From the NCBI RefSeq assembly GCF_001194135.2, contig NC_068982.1, positions 122,558,692 through 122,612,907 on the forward strand: a stretch of DNA of 54,216 nt, written 5' to 3'. Below the pieces are notes generated by a model. It worked only from the letters and a program-made list of their open reading frames with translations, had not been told where the DNA came from and made no database searches. Below, one piece after another: positions 50,486 through 54,216 of the stretch. Each line of letters starts with the position of its first letter. Positions within the stretch are counted from its first letter, which is position 1. This DNA is from Octopus bimaculoides. Lineage: Eukaryota. Made by a program: the position numbers and the translations under genes.

Positions 50486-51095
50486 ATGAAGATTCACTGA
50501 AGAATTTAAAAATCACTCACTTAAGTTATCTTCTGATATTCACCCAACATCATCTCCAGATATTGATCTTATGTCATCTGTAAGTGCACACACCCTAAGT
50601 TGTGTCTAGACACTCACTTCAAGTCACATTTAGGTACTCACCTCACATTTTTAGACATTCACCCTAAGCATTCTTCAGGTGTCCTCACTAAAACATTCAT
50701 GTATAACCTGCTGATATTTTTTTAGATAATGGGTAGTTTTTTAGACATTGACTAAAATTAGGAAATTCAATATATGCATTCAACCATTTTATTACTTAAC
50801 GTAAATAACTTTTATAGAACAACTTATTTGCTATTGTGCGGTTTCAAATTAGCTTGTAGTCATTCATTTCTCACATTACTCTTTTGTTGCCACAGTATCT
50901 CAATAAAATATGTTATAAATAACATAATGCAGTCAAGGAAATTAACATTACTCACTCTTGTTACTTTAAATGTCACCGTTAATAGCAAAGATTTCTAACA
51001 AATTGTGTGGAATAGGAATAATTCATTAGTAATTCATTTTTTATTTATTCATTTAAAAATAAATATTAGTGACAGAAGCCATATTAATGCTGAAT

Positions 51096-51346
51096 GGCAA
51101 TCTTTATATCCTGTCTACTGTGGACGTATTGTTAGAACACTGTATCACTGTAGCATTCACCTTGAGAGATCCTCTCATATAGACCTACTGTACTAAAAGT
51201 GTAGACACACTGTTAGCAGATATGAATCATCATCTTGCATGGGTGGCATAACTGCTACCTCATGATTTCAGTGTACATGCACTTCATCAGTAGCAGGCAT
51301 CCACTCTAACAATACATTCATATTTAAGTAGGATATAAAGATTGCC
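51096..51346. mobile_element. MITE of about 250 bp with TIRs GGCAATCTTTATATCCT...AGGATATAAAGATTGCC
   Basis: 17-bp perfect terminal inverted repeat plus an imperfect extension. Confidence 0.65.
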
Positions 51347-51454
51347 ATTTGGTCTTAAAACTGTTTCCATCACTAATTATTTTTTAAAGAACCTGCAGCT
51401 ATTTGTGATATTACTGACTGAACAGTCACTGTTTTCATGTATGTTGTTGGCAGT

Positions 51455-51668
51455 AGAATTTGGCTGGCATGTTGTGAGTGAATGCCTACTGCTGATGAAA
51501 TACATGCACACTGAAATCACATGATCTTGCAGTTCTGCCACCCATAGTAGATGATTCTCATCTCTACTTTTAGCACTATACACTTATGAGAGGATCTCTC
51601 AAGGCGAATACCACAGTAATATGGTTTTCTAACAATTCATCCATGCTAAGTAGGATATAAAGATTGTC
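51455..51668. mobile_element. Second, inverted and diverged copy of the same MITE
   Basis: TATGAGAGGATCTCTCAAGG is the reverse complement of CCTTGAGAGATCCTCTCATA in the first copy. Ends AGGATATAAAGATTGTC. Confidence 0.65.
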
Positions 51669-53509
51669 GTTTATTCATTATTTATTTGTTTAATTAGAAG
51701 AGGGTAGTAGCACCTCTGATCTTGTTCAGAGCCTTTGAGACTTGGAGGAGGAAGGGAGAAAGTTATTCCTTCATTGGAAACATGACCTGAATGTGTGCAA
51801 CAGGATGGACTCTGCTAAAGGCACCCAAAAGCCAGACAGTGGTGCTAAACCTATCAACAGATAGTGTCTACCACGAAGGAACAGGAACTGTCACTTCATT
51901 GGGCTTCCACACAGTTTCGAAGTTTCACTCACAAATCATTGGCTGAACCAGTGGTAGAAGATACTTGCAAAAAGTGTTTCACAGTAGAATCATTATTTCA
52001 GCTTAACATATTAGTCTTAATCACAAAATTTAAATGAGAAGTAATCTGTAAAAAGCATTATGACATGCACACTAAGTGACAAGGATACTTATGATACTTA
52101 TTTTAGGAGTAGTATTGATAACTAACTAAACTCAATGTTAACCAATGCCCTTGAAATTTCAATTAGTGGATTGTTAACTGGCTGGTTGATGATTGCTGAA
52201 CTAATTGCTGAAAAGCCTGAATCCTCAGGACAATGTATAATAACATAGGCTAAATAGATAAAACCCTTTACATTCAGATTACTCATGAAAAAAAGCATGC
52301 AGAACACCCTGTAAAATAGTCGGTGCTAGAAAAAGTACCCAAGCATTGAAACCAAGCTAAAATGAAATGTGAATTAGATGACTCCCTTTGACCCATCTAG
52401 GTGAGCAAATCCATCCAACCCATGCCAGTATGAAGAACAGTTAAAGACAACAGTAATGATGACAACAATGACAATCTATACGATGTCTTCACTTGGATTT
52501 CTAGAAGAAAAGTGTTTGCATGTAGTTAAATCTAGTATGATATCTGAAAAACAAAACAGACAATTCTTGAATTGGTACTAAAGATGGTTTTAATTGAAAT
52601 TCCTTAGCTATAATGATACTTGTTTTTCTAAATTTGTCAGTGTTACTTAAATGATAAAAGGTTGCTAGCATCTCATTTCAATACTGTCCTATGTTGGAAG
52701 AGTTTATTCTTTTTCTAAGCACTTCTTAAATTTCCAAGCTAACCAGTTTTCAAATTGACCTTAATGAAACTGATAATGAGCATCATGATTAATTACACAA
52801 GCCAAATATCACTTACACATGAACACAAACAACCTAAAATACAGGCATATATCTAGCCACCCATACATGCCAATGTGCATCCAATATACATGGCAATTGA
52901 TAGAAATTATCTTTGATTGATACATAATCTTAATTAAAATAGTTTTAAAAAATCATCCGCTTGCAAATAATTTGTTCCAAAAAATTATTTTTTGCTACTT
53001 TGATTTGGTGTGTATTTTTAATACAGCATATATATAACTTTTCATTATTGAAATATATAACTACAAATGTATATATAATATATTTAAAAAAATGTTTGAC
53101 ATAAATACATTTTTGTTTAAAAGTAATACTACTATTGAAAAATTCTTTATAATTGAGAAATAAAATATTTGTCAGGCATTTTGTAAAAAAAAAATATCTT
53201 TTAAAATTATAATATGATTTTTTTAAATTACCCATGGTGGGCTTTTTGTCGAGTTTTTGCAGTTAATGTAAATTTTTAAATGACCAGTTTAATTTTAACA
53301 TGTCAACTTAAACTATATATTTGCATATTCAAGCTGAGAACAATTAGTGATTAAAAGAAAATTTTTTTCTTGGTAATAAAAACTGAGCTAACATGAAACT
53401 ACTTGAAAATTAACTTCTTTGATTTAATTTGACTACTGGAAAATTTTATTCATTTTTCATTTAAATGAAAATACCTTATTTTTCTATATACTCCATCACC
53501 AGCTTAATT

Positions 53510-53577
53510 TTGTCTACAACTATGTTTGTCTTCAACTATGTTTGTCTACAACTATGTTTGTCTACAACTATGTTTGT
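53510..53577 (+). repeat. 16-bp minisatellite (TTTGTCTACAACTATG) x about 4
   Basis: Read directly from the sequence. Confidence 0.9.
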
Positions 53578-54020
53578 AATTCTACTGTATCTGATAACTT
53601 GACTGGAGAACATGTCATATCCTATTTTTAATGGAATTCTGCTCAATGCCCTGGACAAAGATGAAATATGAAGATTAAAGCTATCAGTTTTATTATAAAT
53701 GCTAGTTATAACCTTATCATCTGTACTACCTTAACATCTAAATGATTAACCTTATCCTCCATGTTGGAATAGAAGAGTTCAATATAGATTGTAGTAGTTT
53801 TATTAGGCTGCTCTAGTACATGTTACTCTGGAGTTTATGTGGTGTGCAGCTGCCCACATTACTGGTATTTCCAGCTTCCCCTACATATAAACATGTATAA
53901 TATAATATATGATATAGTATATATATATAATTTGAAGAAAAGCAACAAAAATTCAATAGGTTATAGCAGTACGTACGTTTCGTACAAACTTCATTTATTT
54001 ATGTAGTGAGAACACTACAT

Positions 54021-54216
54021 AAGATGTGCAATGAAAATGTACTCCTCAGCTGCATAATGGAATTTCATTTTAGAAAGTCATTTTGTTGATGTGTGCAAAA
54101 ACAAGAGTAGGAGAAGAAGAAAATACCATCTTGACTGGGCTGTTAATCAACAGTCTAGACTTTCTAAAATGAAATTCCATTATGCAGCTGAGGAGTACAT
54201 TTTCATTGCACATCTT
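54021..54216. repeat. Perfect 59-bp inverted repeat (54021-54079 / 54158-54216), 78-nt spacer, running to the window end
   Basis: I compared the arms base by base and found no mismatches. Confidence 0.95.

Noticed and set aside
53510-53577. Short regularly repeated units as a CRISPR-like array (also 30455-30558 and 10385-10490)
   Set aside because: The units are head-to-tail with no unique spacers, there are no cas genes and the context is eukaryotic. They are ordinary minisatellites or SINE-internal repeats.
53807-53864. AG/GT-bounded, phase-compatible candidate UNC80 exon 5 (GCSSTCYSGVYVVCSCPHYW)
   Set aside because: No resemblance to the UNC80 sequence expected after FCxE as I recall it, and the donor (GTATTT) is weak.

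Overview
AT-rich, microsatellite-dense eukaryotic scaffold with N gaps. Repeat style and the mollusc-type gene suggest an octopus/coleoid cephalopod (inference, not verified). One protein-coding gene is well supported: the 5' part of UNC80, a subunit of the NALCN sodium-leak channel complex, on the + strand. I reconstructed four coding exons with in-phase GT-AG junctions: 18906-18991, 24533-24581, 44492-46728 (2237 nt) and 48153-48394. Together they give about 871 codons; the rest of the gene lies beyond the window. The remainder is mobile-element debris: three mariner remnants, RTE and R4/Dong-type LINE fragments, a probable Merlin remnant, several MITEs and about five SINE-like families. The most unusual observations are (1) a tRNA-headed SINE carrying a near-canonical minimal type-I hammerhead ribozyme (16050-16288, minus), with two more hammerhead-like cores nearby; (2) two perfect inverted repeats that both have 78-nt spacers; (3) a nest of different retroelements inserted in (TAA)n tracts in UNC80 intron 2, forming long inverted pairs; and (4) a possible divergent transcript sharing the UNC80 promoter. 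No database searches were run. All family assignments come from motif recognition, and repeat boundaries are approximate.
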